Below are positions 1 to 9,564 of a DNA stretch of 64,000 nucleotides, piece after piece (the stretch's first letter is position 1; the number at the start of each line of letters is the position of its first letter). The DNA is from Myxococcota bacterium (GTDB lineage: Bacteria; Myxococcota_A; SURF-8). The position numbers and the translations under genes are program-made. The notes under the pieces are model-generated. The model was not told where the DNA came from, ran no database searches, and saw only the letters and a program-made list of their open reading frames with translations. Location of the stretch: assembly GCA_963674735.2 (NCBI GenBank), contig CAXXQS010000002.1, positions 576,001-640,000 of the forward strand. Reading direction: 5' to 3'.

Positions 1-1301
1 TGATTTTCTATCGTCCGGCGGGGGGCCGTTTCGCTTACGTTTCGGAGGCCATCAGCGATCGATTGGGCATCAGCCCGGAAGCTTTCGTCGATAATCCGGC
101 CGCCATTTTTTCCGATGACAGTCGTCACAATCAAGCGGCGAAACAAATATGGGAGGCCGAAGACCGTGGCGAGTCACGCCAGCCTCCTCCCTATATGATC
201 GAACTGCGGCATCACAACGGACAATCGATTCTGCAGGAAGTGCGCGACCGCATCCTGTTCGACGGCGACCGGGTGGCGGGCGTTTTGTCGCTGTGTGTCG
301 ACACCTCCTCCCGCTTGCAGGAACTCGAACAACTCGAACGCAACAGCCAGGAATTGATGGTCATCCATCACGCGCACTCGCGCCTGATGGGGGTCACCAA
401 CCGCAAGCAGTTGCTGGCCACCCTGCTCGACGTTTCGCTTTCCATGCCCGAATTCTCCTCCGGCGCAGTCTACGATATCGACGGCTGGAAGCGCCGCGCC
501 AACCTGAGCGTCAGTCGCGGTCTGCCGCCCGAAGTGGAAGCGGCGGTGAGCAGCTTCGAGATTCCCTCGGAAGCCTTCGACGGCACCATGGAACCGGGCG
601 ACCCGACCACCGCCATTCTGTTGCCCCCCGGCCATAGCTGGCTGACGCCCATCGACGCCATCGGCAACGAGGTGTGCGGCGTCCTGCTCCTGTGCAACGG
701 CATGCCCGAAGGCTTCGTCGGCGTCGCACTGTCACGCCCCTTCAAACGCGAAACCCAGCGACTGCTGCAGCTCACCGGCGCACTGGTCAGCCATGCCCTC
801 GAAACGGCCATGCTGCACGGGCAGATCGAAGACCTGACCGATACCGACCCGCTGACCCACTTCCTCAACATCAGCCACGCCGAACACTTTCTGGCGCGCG
901 AAGACAGCCTGATTTTGCGCTATAAAAAGACCGCCTCACTGATCGTGATGCGCTTCCCGCATATGCGGGATCACGTGTTCGACGACCCGTCCGAAGCCAA
1001 CCTGCGCCTCAAGCGGGCGGCCGATCTGCTGAACGACACCACGCGCAACTCCGATGTGCTATGCCGCTTCGCCTTGGATGAATTCGTCTGCTACCTGCCC
1101 GAAACCGGCAACGAGGGAAGCACCCGACTGGTGCAACGCTATCAGGTTCTGCTCGACCATCTCAATGATGAACTGGGCAACGGCTATCCGCCCGTCCGTT
1201 TCGACGTGGGCTGGGCCACCAGCGAGCGAGGCAACCGCTCGGTGCGCGATCTCCTCATCGAGGCGCGCGAAACGCTCAAACCCGCCCGCGAAAAGGTGTA
1301 G
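1..1301 (+). CDS. PAS/GAF sensor with degenerate GGDEF domain (5' truncated by window edge)
   Basis: Frame is open back to position 3 (IFYRPAGGRFAYVSEAISDRLGISP..., PAS-like). GAF-like middle; TDPLT wide turn; RNSDVLCRFALDEF at the GGDEF position. Confidence 0.75.
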   Translation, partial: IFYRPAGGRFAYVSEAISDRLGISPEAFVDNPAAIFSDDSRHNQAAKQIWEAEDRGESRQPPPYMIELRHHNGQSILQEVRDRILFDGDRVAGVLSLCVDTSSRLQELEQLERNSQELMVIHHAHSRLMGVTNRKQLLATLLDVSLSMPEFSSGAVYDIDGWKRRANLSVSRGLPPEVEAAVSSFEIPSEAFDGTMEPGDPTTAILLPPGHSWLTPIDAIGNEVCGVLLLCNGMPEGFVGVALSRPFKRETQRLLQLTGALVSHALETAMLHGQIEDLTDTDPLTHFLNISHAEHFLAREDSLILRYKKTASLIVMRFPHMRDHVFDDPSEANLRLKRAADLLNDTTRNSDVLCRFALDEFVCYLPETGNEGSTRLVQRYQVLLDHLNDELGNGYPPVRFDVGWATSERGNRSVRDLLIEARETLKPAREKV

Positions 1302-1345
1302 CGGGAGAACCGGAAAACCGCTCCATCCGTTTTCTCAATTCCTGT

Positions 1346-2023
1346 TTAGTCGCCCGCGTTTTCGGGGCAGTACTCGCTCACGCCGCGAAAGCTGCGGCGA
1401 TGGATGGGGCAGGGTCCGCGTTCGGCCACGGCCCGACGATGCGCGGCGGTGGGATAGCCTTTGTGAACGGCGAAGCCGTAGCCGGGCCAGCGACGATCGG
1501 CCAGCACCATCCAGCGATCGCGCAACACCTTGGCGATAACCGACGCGGCCGCCACGGCCAGACAGAGGCGGTCGCCGCCCACGACCGTGCGCTGCAGGCG
1601 GTCGCTGGGAAGGGCGCGGTTGCCGTCCACGATCCAGATATCGCAAAGCCCTCCGCGCGTCTCGGCCAGAAGCGCAGCGCGGCGCATGCTGTCGAGCGAC
1701 GCCGCCAGGATGTTGTCGCGGTCTATCTGCTGCGGCGATCCGAAAGCGGCTCCCCAAGCCAAAGCTTGGTTTAAAATGGCGGGGAAAAGCCGTTCACGTA
1801 TTTTAGGAGTGAGTTTTTTGGAGTCGTCGAGACCCGGCAGGTCGATCACGGGCGGCAGGCAGACCGCCGCCGCCACCACCGGTCCGGCCAAGGGACCGCG
1901 CCCGGCTTCATCAAGCCCGAGAATGCGGGAATATCCGTGAGAGTCGGCCCAGCGCTCCACGTCCCCCAGCACCGCTTTCTCTGCGGCAGCCAGCCAGTCG
2001 CTCTGGCGCGGGGGACGAACCAT
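1346..2023 (-). CDS. rnhB: Ribonuclease HII
   Basis: GLDEAGRGPLAGPVVAAAV, DSKKL, VAAASVIAKVLRD and HKGYPT motifs; follows rplS. Confidence 0.97.
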   Translation of the reverse strand: MVRPPRQSDWLAAAEKAVLGDVERWADSHGYSRILGLDEAGRGPLAGPVVAAAVCLPPVIDLPGLDDSKKLTPKIRERLFPAILNQALAWGAAFGSPQQIDRDNILAASLDSMRRAALLAETRGGLCDIWIVDGNRALPSDRLQRTVVGGDRLCLAVAAASVIAKVLRDRWMVLADRRWPGYGFAVHKGYPTAAHRRAVAERGPCPIHRRSFRGVSEYCPENAGD

Positions 2024-2032
2024 GCAGGCGCG

Positions 2033-2389
2033 TTACCGCTGCACCAAAGGCCGGATGCGAGCCGCCTTGCCGCGCAGTTTGCGCAGGTAGAACAGGCGGG
2101 TGCGGCGCACGCGACCGCGTTGCATGATCTCGACCTTGGTGATCAGGGGCGAATGGGTGGGAAAAGTGCGCTCCACGCCGACGCCGTAGGACACCTTGCG
2201 GACGGTGAAGGTTTCACGATTGCTCGGACCCTGGCGGCGGATGATGTCGCCCTGGAACGGCTGCACGCGCTCTTTGTCGCCTTCGCGAACTTTCAGAAAC
2301 ACTTTAACACGATCCCCGACGTGAAAGTCGGGAAGGTCCATGCGCATCTGCACGTTCTCGAAGGAACGAATGATTTCGTGAGCTTTCAT
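2033..2389 (-). CDS. rplS: 50S ribosomal protein L19
   Basis: [18 protein letters not shown] and [12 protein letters not shown] motifs; synteny with trmD. Confidence 0.98.
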   Translation of the reverse strand: MKAHEIIRSFENVQMRMDLPDFHVGDRVKVFLKVREGDKERVQPFQGDIIRRQGPSNRETFTVRKVSYGVGVERTFPTHSPLITKVEIMQRGRVRRTRLFYLRKLRGKAARIRPLVQR

Positions 2390-2488
2390 GGTGCGCCCCT
2401 TTCATCTTTCCATAGCACACCGGCCAATTAACGGCCGGAATTAGTCTGGTCATTCGCCGGATCGGTCGTACGTCCCAGCGGACGCAAG

Positions 2489-2517
2489 ACTCTAGTCGAC
2501 CCACGGTATAAAATCAA
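2489..2517 (-). promoter_or_regulatory. Putative sigma70 promoter for rplS
   Basis: Minus strand TTGATT-17 bp-TAGAGT, overlapping the trmD stop. Confidence 0.5.
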
Positions 2518-3239
2518 GTTTTTTTACAGCCTTTTTTACGAGGCCGTTCAAAAGGCGGCTGCGCGTCCGCCGGAAGCAGGTCGGGCCGCACCCGCTGTGT
2601 CCGCAAGAGCGACTGTGCGCGCCGCCAGGCCTCGATCTTGCCGTGATCGCCCGACAACAGCACCTCCGGCACGCGCATCCCTTCGAATTCACGCGGCTTG
2701 GTATACTGCGGACCCTCCAGTAACCCATCGGAAAAACTATCGGTTTCGGCGCTTTGTTCGTTTCCCAGCACACCCGGTACGAAACGCGCGACGGCGTCGA
2801 GCACCACCAGCGCCGGCAGTTCTCCGCCGGTCAGCACGTAATCGCCGATGGACAGCTCTTCGTCCACGAAGGAATCGCGAAAACGCTGATCCACCCCTTC
2901 ATAGCGCCCGCAGATCAGCACCAGCCGCTTATAACCGGCCAGACGCCGGGCGTCGGCGACATCGAAGCGCTTGCCCTGGGGTGTGAGAAAGAGGGTGCGG
3001 CTATCGGCGCAAGTCGGCAGCGAGCGCATGGCGCGCACCAGCGGACCCACCTGCATCAGAAGCCCCGGACCGCCGCCGTAAGGATAGTCGTCGACGCTGC
3101 GGTGCCGGTTGTTGGCGTAATCGCGCGGGTTGACCACATTGACATGCAGCCGGTCTTCACGGATGGCGCGTCCCAGCATCCCTTCCATCAGGTAGCCGTT
3201 CAACACCCCCGGCAAGATGGACAGGATATCAATTCTCAT
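2514..3239 (-). CDS. trmD: tRNA (guanine37-N1)-methyltransferase
   Basis: [35 protein letters not shown] and [10 protein letters not shown] motifs. Confidence 0.98.
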   Translation of the reverse strand: MRIDILSILPGVLNGYLMEGMLGRAIREDRLHVNVVNPRDYANNRHRSVDDYPYGGGPGLLMQVGPLVRAMRSLPTCADSRTLFLTPQGKRFDVADARRLAGYKRLVLICGRYEGVDQRFRDSFVDEELSIGDYVLTGGELPALVVLDAVARFVPGVLGNEQSAETDSFSDGLLEGPQYTKPREFEGMRVPEVLLSGDHGKIEAWRRAQSLLRTQRVRPDLLPADAQPPFERPRKKGCKKT

Positions 3240-3750
3240 AGAGTTCCAGTAACCCTTCCGGCAGTCTCACCCGCACTCGACCGCCGTCGAGATCGACTTC
3301 CGCCACCACCTCGTCGGTCACCGGAATCAGAAGATCCGGCTTGCCTTCACGCGTGACCACGTAGCAGTCGTGCGCACCGGTGGGCAGGACGTCGCCCAGT
3401 TTCCCGTATATTTCGCCCGATTCGGCATCGGCAACCGCCATCCCGATCAGGTCCACCACGTAGTTTTCCCGCTCGTTCACCGGTGCGAACTGTTCGCGCG
3501 GCAGATACAGACCGAGATCGAACATCGCCTCGGCCTCACTGCGCGTCGCCACTCCTTCCAGACGCAGACGCACCCCTTTGTTCAGCGGAGTCGCCGCCAG
3601 CACACGAACAGGCTCGAATCGGCCGTCGCGCTGGAGGTAAACAACGGCATTCGACCGCACATGGGGAGTATCGGGATTGAAAAGCGCCACTCGCAACTCA
3701 CCCCGAATCCCGTGCGCACCCTTGATGCGGGCGATTTCCACGTATTCCAT
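3229..3750 (-). CDS. rimM: Ribosome maturation factor RimM
   Basis: [12 protein letters not shown]-terminus, DLIGM..V, TGAHD..LLIP; position between khpA and trmD. Confidence 0.95.
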   Translation of the reverse strand: MEYVEIARIKGAHGIRGELRVALFNPDTPHVRSNAVVYLQRDGRFEPVRVLAATPLNKGVRLRLEGVATRSEAEAMFDLGLYLPREQFAPVNERENYVVDLIGMAVADAESGEIYGKLGDVLPTGAHDCYVVTREGKPDLLIPVTDEVVAEVDLDGGRVRVRLPEGLLELYEN

Positions 3751-3810
3751 GTTCCTGAGCTACTTTCCAAATAGAGTGGTGAAAACAAAGGCGGCGGGCG
3801 TCAGCGACTG

Positions 3811-3849
3811 AAAAAAAAAGGACAAGCCGCATCCCGGCCGCTTGTCCTT
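3811..3849 (-). terminator. Intrinsic terminator between khpA and rimM
   Basis: Minus strand AAGGACAAGC-loop-GCTTGTCCTT followed by a T run. Confidence 0.75.
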
Positions 3850-3912
3850 CAGCATGGCTATCGAGCGGGGATGATGCATCCGCTCCAAAGCGTCGAACGA
3901 GAGAAAGTCGGA

Positions 3913-4143
3913 CTACTCGATAATTTCGAGCACCGCACGTTTACGCAGTTTGGTGGAAGCGGCGCTTAAAATCGTCCGCATGGCCCGAGCCGTGCGTCCC
4001 TGTTTACCGATGACCTTCCCCAAGTCGTCCTTGGCCACCTTCAACTCGATGACCGAAGTCTGCTCACCGACGATCTCCGAGACATCGACTGCTTCCGGAC
4101 TGTCTACAAGAGCCTTCGCAATGATTTCGATGAGTTCCTTCAT
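3913..4143 (-). CDS. khpA: KH-domain RNA-binding protein KhpA (YlqC family)
   Basis: [14 protein letters not shown]...[17 protein letters not shown]; follows rpsP; start moved to the ATG at 4143. Confidence 0.95.
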   Translation of the reverse strand: MKELIEIIAKALVDSPEAVDVSEIVGEQTSVIELKVAKDDLGKVIGKQGRTARAMRTILSAASTKLRKRAVLEIIE

Positions 4144-4264
4144 GGTACGATACCCCACATGTAACGTTGCGCAACACCAGCTACAGCGAAAGGGATGATT
4201 CCCCCACGCCGCCAAAAAGCGACTGTTCACCGCCGTCCCGAGATTGTGCGTTTATCGTGTCCGC

Positions 4265-4507
4265 TTACGCGGTTTTCACTTTTTTGAGAAGGCTTCTCAC
4301 CGTCTCCGTGGGCTGCGCGCCATTGTCCAGCCAATACTGAACGCGATCCATCTTCAGATTGACTTTGTCGCTCTCCGCCAGGGGATTGTACGTGCCAAGG
4401 TTTTCCAGAAAACGGCCATCACGGGAATTACGAGAATCCGCCGCGATCACGCGATAAAAGGGATTTTTCTTGGCGCCCTTACGGGTAAGCCGCAGTTTCA
4501 CTGCCAT
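4265..4507 (-). CDS. rpsP: 30S ribosomal protein S16
   Basis: [39 protein letters not shown]; GGAGG RBS. Confidence 0.98.
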   Translation of the reverse strand: MAVKLRLTRKGAKKNPFYRVIAADSRNSRDGRFLENLGTYNPLAESDKVNLKMDRVQYWLDNGAQPTETVRSLLKKVKTA

Positions 4508-4535
4508 TTTACTAATCCTCCATTAACCTATTAGA

Positions 4536-4564
4536 ACAGTATCAAAGGCTTCGACGCTTTGCAA
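4536..4564 (-). promoter_or_regulatory. Putative sigma70 promoter for rpsP
   Basis: Minus strand TTGCAA-17 bp-TACTGT with a TG extension. Confidence 0.55.
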
Positions 4565-4592
4565 CTTTTTTTCACACAACCCGGTTTCGCGC

Positions 4593-5951
4593 TCAGCGCC
4601 CGCCGCGTCCCATGCCGTTGAGTTGCCGCATCATTTCCTTGGGTCCCATCTTGTTGAACTTCTTCATCATCTTCTTCATCTGGCCGAACTGTTTGACCAG
4701 TCGATTCACTTCTTGCACCGTAGTGCCCGATCCGGCCGCAACCCGCCGACGACGCGAACCGTTGAGAATGGCGTGATTGCGCCGTTCCTTGGCCGTCATG
4801 GAGCGGATGATAGCCTCGATATGCTTCAGCTCTTTTTCGGCCATGGCGCCCTCTTTGCCCTCTTCCAAGGTGCGCGCCACGTTCTTCATCCCCGGCAACA
4901 TACCGATCACCGACGAAATGGACCCGAGCTTTTTCATCATCTGCATCTGGCTGAGAAAATCTTCCAGGGTGAACGAGGCTTTTTTCAGCTTGCGCTGCAT
5001 CGCCTCGGCTTCGTCCTTGTTCACCACCTCCTGGGCTTTCTCGATGAGCGTCATCACGTCGCCCATACCCAGAATCCGCGACGCGATGCGGTCGGGATGG
5101 AAAACCTCCAAGCCTTCCATCTTCTCGCCGACACCCACGAATTTCAGCGGACGTCCGGTGACCGCCTTGATGGACAGCGCCGCACCGCCGCGCGCATCAC
5201 CGTCCATTTTGGTCAGCACGATACCGGTCAGCTCCAGCCGCTCGTCGAAGGCTTTCGCCACATTGACGGCTTCCTGACCGGTCATGGCGTCGGCCACGAA
5301 CAGAATCTCCTGCGGCGACAAGGCGCGGGCGATCTGGTCCACTTCGGCCATCATCTTGTCATCGATCTGCAGGCGGCCGGCGGTATCGAGCAGGACCACA
5401 TCGTAGCCCTGGTTCTCGGCCATGATTTTGGCCTTGGCCGCAATCGCCACCGGGTGATCGTTCGTGGTGGACGGATACACGTCGCAGCCCACCTGTTCGC
5501 CCAGCCGCGTAAGCTGATCGATGGCCGCCGGGCGATACACATCGGCCGGGACAAGAAGGGGGTTGCGATGTTGTTTCTTCAGCCATTTGGCGATCTTGCC
5601 GACGGTGGTCGTCTTACCGGAGCCCTGCAGACCGACCATCATCACCAGGATGGGCGGCTTCTGATTGAGATCGAGCCCGACCTGCTCACCCCCCAGCAAC
5701 TCCACCAGTTTCTCGTGGACGATTTTGATGAACTGCTGTCCGGGCGACAGCGATTTCATCACGGCTTCGCCGAGGGCTTCTTCCTTGACCGCCGCCACAA
5801 AGTCTTTGACGACCTTGAAGTTGACATCCGCTTCCAGAAACGAGCGGCGGACTTCCTTGACGGCCTCGTCGATGTTGGCTTCCGTCAGCTTCCCCTGGCC
5901 GCGCAGCGACTTGAAAGCTTCGGATAGTCTGTCGGAAAGCTGATCGAACAT
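4593..5951 (-). CDS. ffh: Signal recognition particle protein Ffh
   Basis: GLQGSGKTTT, DTAGR, TKMDGDARGGAALS and Met-rich M domain; start MFDQL at 5951. Confidence 0.98.
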   Translation of the reverse strand: MFDQLSDRLSEAFKSLRGQGKLTEANIDEAVKEVRRSFLEADVNFKVVKDFVAAVKEEALGEAVMKSLSPGQQFIKIVHEKLVELLGGEQVGLDLNQKPPILVMMVGLQGSGKTTTVGKIAKWLKKQHRNPLLVPADVYRPAAIDQLTRLGEQVGCDVYPSTTNDHPVAIAAKAKIMAENQGYDVVLLDTAGRLQIDDKMMAEVDQIARALSPQEILFVADAMTGQEAVNVAKAFDERLELTGIVLTKMDGDARGGAALSIKAVTGRPLKFVGVGEKMEGLEVFHPDRIASRILGMGDVMTLIEKAQEVVNKDEAEAMQRKLKKASFTLEDFLSQMQMMKKLGSISSVIGMLPGMKNVARTLEEGKEGAMAEKELKHIEAIIRSMTAKERRNHAILNGSRRRRVAAGSGTTVQEVNRLVKQFGQMKKMMKKFNKMGPKEMMRQLNGMGRGGR

Positions 5952-6012
5952 ATCGCCTCCTGCGCCTTTCGGGCGCACGTCACACTTTACCCCCCTGAAA
6001 AAGGAGCTATCT

Positions 6013-6041
6013 CTTGTAGTGGATTAATAAACGCGTGTCAA
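6013..6041 (-). promoter_or_regulatory. Putative sigma70 promoter for ffh
   Basis: Minus strand TTGACA-17 bp-TACAAG. Confidence 0.45.
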
Positions 6042-6149
6042 GGAATTTACAATCCTTTCGCGGAGGTATCCTGGCCGATCCTCCTCGTTAAACCCGATCC
6101 GGCGAGTCGGGAGAAGCACTTGAAAAGCCGGGAAACCGCCTATGACGAG

Positions 6150-7235
6150 CTACGGCGTTTCTCCGGCTTCAAGGCCCTGCAACCGATCGAAGATGAAACG
6201 GGCAAAGCGTTGGTTGGCCTTTCCGGTGAAATGGCCATCGCGATTGTTGTAGATCTCCAGACGCGAGCCCTTCTGGCCCAACTCTTCCTCCATGCGGCGC
6301 ACTTCCGGACCGAAATCGAAGCAGGCATGCTTTTTTTCTTTGCAAAACGCCATCATCATATCGGCAAAGCGGGAACGCTCGGGGGGCTTGAAACGCCGTC
6401 CGACCCCCCAACCGGCCATGAAGTCGCGAAACTCTTTCAGATCGCGCATCATATGCGGCGGCGGATATTGAAACAGGCGAAATTGCGCCCCGTCGTTTTC
6501 GATCAGCTTCGCCAGCCGATCGACCACCGAGAAGTGATAATCCAACACCCAACGAAATTCGTCGGGGGCGGTGAGATACTGGATGCGGGCCTTGAAACGC
6601 TGCTCGAAGGGCAGGTAATTCCAATCGTTTTTCACCACGTCGATGGCGACCTGAACGAAGCGCACCAAAGAGGAACGCCGCCAGCCGGTGCGCAAAAACT
6701 CTTCACCCGCCACCGCGATAGGAGCTCCATCGTCGTCGAAGGTGGCCATCTTGGCGTAGAGAACATCATCCTGCGGATCGAAGGTATCCACCAGTTGAAT
6801 GACGATATCGGGTTTGAGCGGCCGTATCAGCCGCCGATACACCACTTCCTCGATCAGCGGACTATAGGAAACGAAACCGAAGTTGAGAATCTCCACCTTG
6901 AGGTCGGGCCGTTCCTTCGCAATCAAATTACGCAGATGTTGCGGAATCGTCTGGTCGGGCGAGGTGAAACTGTAGGTAAAGGAATCGCCGATGAACGCGA
7001 TCCGCAACACCCCCGGTTCCTTCTCCACCCGGTAAGGCCGCTCGCGGTAATCCGTATGCCCGAGATTACCGTTTAAGAAATGAGAGGGAACATGATGAAA
7101 AATCGGGTGGTTGCCACGCACCACTTCCGTCATCGGCGGGTCTTTCCAGAAAAACCGGTAGAACAGTTCGGCCACCAGCAACGCACCGATCACATAAACA
7201 AAACCCTTTAATAATCGACGAATCCAAACTCGCAC
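6150..7235 (-). CDS. Membrane-anchored SGNH/GDSL hydrolase-like protein (AlgX/AlgJ-like)
   Basis: N-terminal TM helix; IAFIGDSFT, EILNFG and C-terminal DGHFT; AGGAG RBS before GTG. Confidence 0.75.
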   Translation of the reverse strand: MRVWIRRLLKGFVYVIGALLVAELFYRFFWKDPPMTEVVRGNHPIFHHVPSHFLNGNLGHTDYRERPYRVEKEPGVLRIAFIGDSFTYSFTSPDQTIPQHLRNLIAKERPDLKVEILNFGFVSYSPLIEEVVYRRLIRPLKPDIVIQLVDTFDPQDDVLYAKMATFDDDGAPIAVAGEEFLRTGWRRSSLVRFVQVAIDVVKNDWNYLPFEQRFKARIQYLTAPDEFRWVLDYHFSVVDRLAKLIENDGAQFRLFQYPPPHMMRDLKEFRDFMAGWGVGRRFKPPERSRFADMMMAFCKEKKHACFDFGPEVRRMEEELGQKGSRLEIYNNRDGHFTGKANQRFARFIFDRLQGLEAGETP

Positions 7236-7299
7236 CGGGTAGTCTCCTTACAGCAGAAAGTCCGCTCCGTTCAGCCCTAACTTTGGGGAACGGAGAGAT

Positions 7300-8421
7300 T
7301 CAGGGCGTTCGAGCAAAACCGTTTTCTTCCAGGCGATCCAGGATGAAACGGGCAAAACGGGCATTGGCCTTAGCGGTAAAGTGGCCGTTGTTGTTGTAGT
7401 AGATCGTCAAGCGCGATCCATCCGCCCCCAGTTCGTCTTCCATGCGCCTTACTTCCGGGAAGAAGTCATAACACGAAAAGCCCTTTTTCCGACAGAAATC
7501 AAGGACGAGCTCGCCGAAACGGTTGGTCGTCGGCGTCTCCCAGGTGGAAAACTGCACTCCCCAACCGATCATCAATTCAGCGAATTCATGCAGATCGCGC
7601 AAGTGAAACGGCCAGGGATATTGAAACAACAGAAGCTTGGAGCCGTCGCCCTGAATGGTTTTGCCCAGCCGCCCGGCAATGGTGAAGGAACGATCGATCA
7701 TGTCTTGAAAATCGCTGGGATTACGGGCGAATTTCGGGTAGTTCATGAATTTCATGCGCTCCGGCAGAAAATCCCAATCGTTGTTCGCCACCGACCAGGC
7801 GAATTCGATGAAGCGCAGAAAGGCCGAACGGCGAAAGCCGGTCTTGCGATACGGCTCCCCCGGAACCGCCACGACGCGGCCTGTTTCGGGATCGACGGTG
7901 GCCAGACGGGAGTAGAGGGTGTCGTCGATGGGATCGAAGGTATCGTAAAGCCACAACACCCAGTCGGCCTTCAATTCCCGCACCAGATTATGATATTCAA
8001 GTTCTTGAATGATCGGCGAATACGACACCATGCCGAAATTGAGGATTTCCACTTTCAGGGCGGGATGCTTTTCCGCCAACAGTTTCTCCAGGTGGCGCGG
8101 AATGGTCTGGTTGGGGCTGGTCATGGAATAGGTGAAGGAATCCCCCAAAAAAACGATACGCAGGGTATCCGGGGCTTTTTCGACCCGGTAACGGCGGCCG
8201 CGAAAGTCGTACTCGCCCAGTCCAGCCTGGGTGAAGGCCTTGGGGACGTGATGATAGATGGGGTGATTTCCCTCGATGATGTAGGTCATGGGCGGTTCGG
8301 TCCAAAACAGGCGAAAAAACAGCTCGCACAGAATAAGCGCAGCCAAGAGATACACACTCCAGCTTAAAAGCCGCTTGCCCGGCGATTTCCTAACGGGGGG
8401 TGAAGGAAGTGTCTCGCTCAT
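7300..8421 (-). CDS. Membrane-anchored SGNH/GDSL hydrolase-like protein, tandem paralog
   Basis: IVFLGDSFT, EILNFG, NGHFT; shares long identical blocks with 6150-7235 (GNHPI.HHVP, PEVRRME.ELG..GSRL). Confidence 0.75.
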   Translation of the reverse strand: MSETLPSPPVRKSPGKRLLSWSVYLLAALILCELFFRLFWTEPPMTYIIEGNHPIYHHVPKAFTQAGLGEYDFRGRRYRVEKAPDTLRIVFLGDSFTYSMTSPNQTIPRHLEKLLAEKHPALKVEILNFGMVSYSPIIQELEYHNLVRELKADWVLWLYDTFDPIDDTLYSRLATVDPETGRVVAVPGEPYRKTGFRRSAFLRFIEFAWSVANNDWDFLPERMKFMNYPKFARNPSDFQDMIDRSFTIAGRLGKTIQGDGSKLLLFQYPWPFHLRDLHEFAELMIGWGVQFSTWETPTTNRFGELVLDFCRKKGFSCYDFFPEVRRMEDELGADGSRLTIYYNNNGHFTAKANARFARFILDRLEENGFARTP

Positions 8422-8436
8422 CTTGTCCTCGGCGAT

Positions 8437-9564
8437 TCAACGATTGTCGGGTTCCGAACTTTTCTCGGGCAGCACGTCGCGGCAGGCGCGTATCTGTTCC
8501 AGATACAACTTCTCTACCGCATCCAATTCGTTCCGGCTTTGTTCCGTCCAGCGATTGCGCACCCGCAGACGCTCGCCCATCTCCACCGTGCGGTCGAACA
8601 AACGCATGGCCTTGCGTAGAAGCGGGCGCACCTGTTCGGCCAGCATGCAGCGGTACATGCGCGCTTCGTCGGAATCGGGAGCGAATTCCGGCGGCAGCTC
8701 CACCGCCTGGATGGACAGATTGAAATCGCGGTAAAGCTGGGCGATCTGGTAACCGGACGCCGTACTGAACGTGGCGTTATCCTGCTCGATGGCGCGCAAA
8801 AACCAGTCCTGGGCCGCTAAAAGCGCCTGCGCCTTGGTATTGAGATGCGCAAGCATGGTCTCTTTTTCGGCATACGGGATCGGTAATTCGTCGAAACGCG
8901 CACGCCCGATCAGGCCCAGCGTGTAAGCCGCCAGCGCACCGGGCACCTCGTTGACCACATCACCACGCCGTAACCCGATCTGATAATCGTGAAAGGTTTG
9001 CTGCAACAGATCTTCGGCGGTAGCCGTCTCGCCGAGATGAAAACGCGCCACCCCCTCACGCGCGGCCAGTTCGAGGCGATCTTCCTCCGAAACCGAGGCA
9101 TGCCGACGGCGAATCTCCGCAATCAGCGCCAGGGAATCGTCGAAACGCTCCAGGACATCCAGACAGGCCAGCATGCGAAAGCGGGCATCCAGCCGATCCC
9201 GCGGAGCCGCGGCCCGCTCGACCACTCGCCGGAAACGCGTAAGCGCTTCTTCGTGCCGGTTGCGACGCTGCAGAATAAGCCCGGCGTTATAGGCGGCGTC
9301 GGACACCTGGGGAGCCTCGGGATAGCGTGCAATCAGGGCATCGAAATAGCGCAGGGCGGCGTCATGGCGACCGCCGTTATAGTCGTCCACGCCGCGTTCG
9401 AACAGATCTTCGGGCGACAGACTGGGATCGATCCCGGCGAAAGGGTCCACGGACGCCGGTTTGGGATTGCCGCGCACCACCTCGGGTGCAAGCGCCACTC
9501 GCGAGGTCTGGCAGGCCCCCAGCACCAGAAGCAGCAACAAACCGACAGCCACAACCCCACGCAT
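8437..9564 (-). CDS. TPR-repeat lipoprotein (BamD/YfiO-like repeats)
   Basis: Lipobox LGAC; TPR helices (LFERGVDDYNGGRHDAA, AAYNAGLIL). Confidence 0.7.
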   Translation of the reverse strand: MRGVVAVGLLLLLVLGACQTSRVALAPEVVRGNPKPASVDPFAGIDPSLSPEDLFERGVDDYNGGRHDAALRYFDALIARYPEAPQVSDAAYNAGLILQRRNRHEEALTRFRRVVERAAAPRDRLDARFRMLACLDVLERFDDSLALIAEIRRRHASVSEEDRLELAAREGVARFHLGETATAEDLLQQTFHDYQIGLRRGDVVNEVPGALAAYTLGLIGRARFDELPIPYAEKETMLAHLNTKAQALLAAQDWFLRAIEQDNATFSTASGYQIAQLYRDFNLSIQAVELPPEFAPDSDEARMYRCMLAEQVRPLLRKAMRLFDRTVEMGERLRVRNRWTEQSRNELDAVEKLYLEQIRACRDVLPEKSSEPDNR

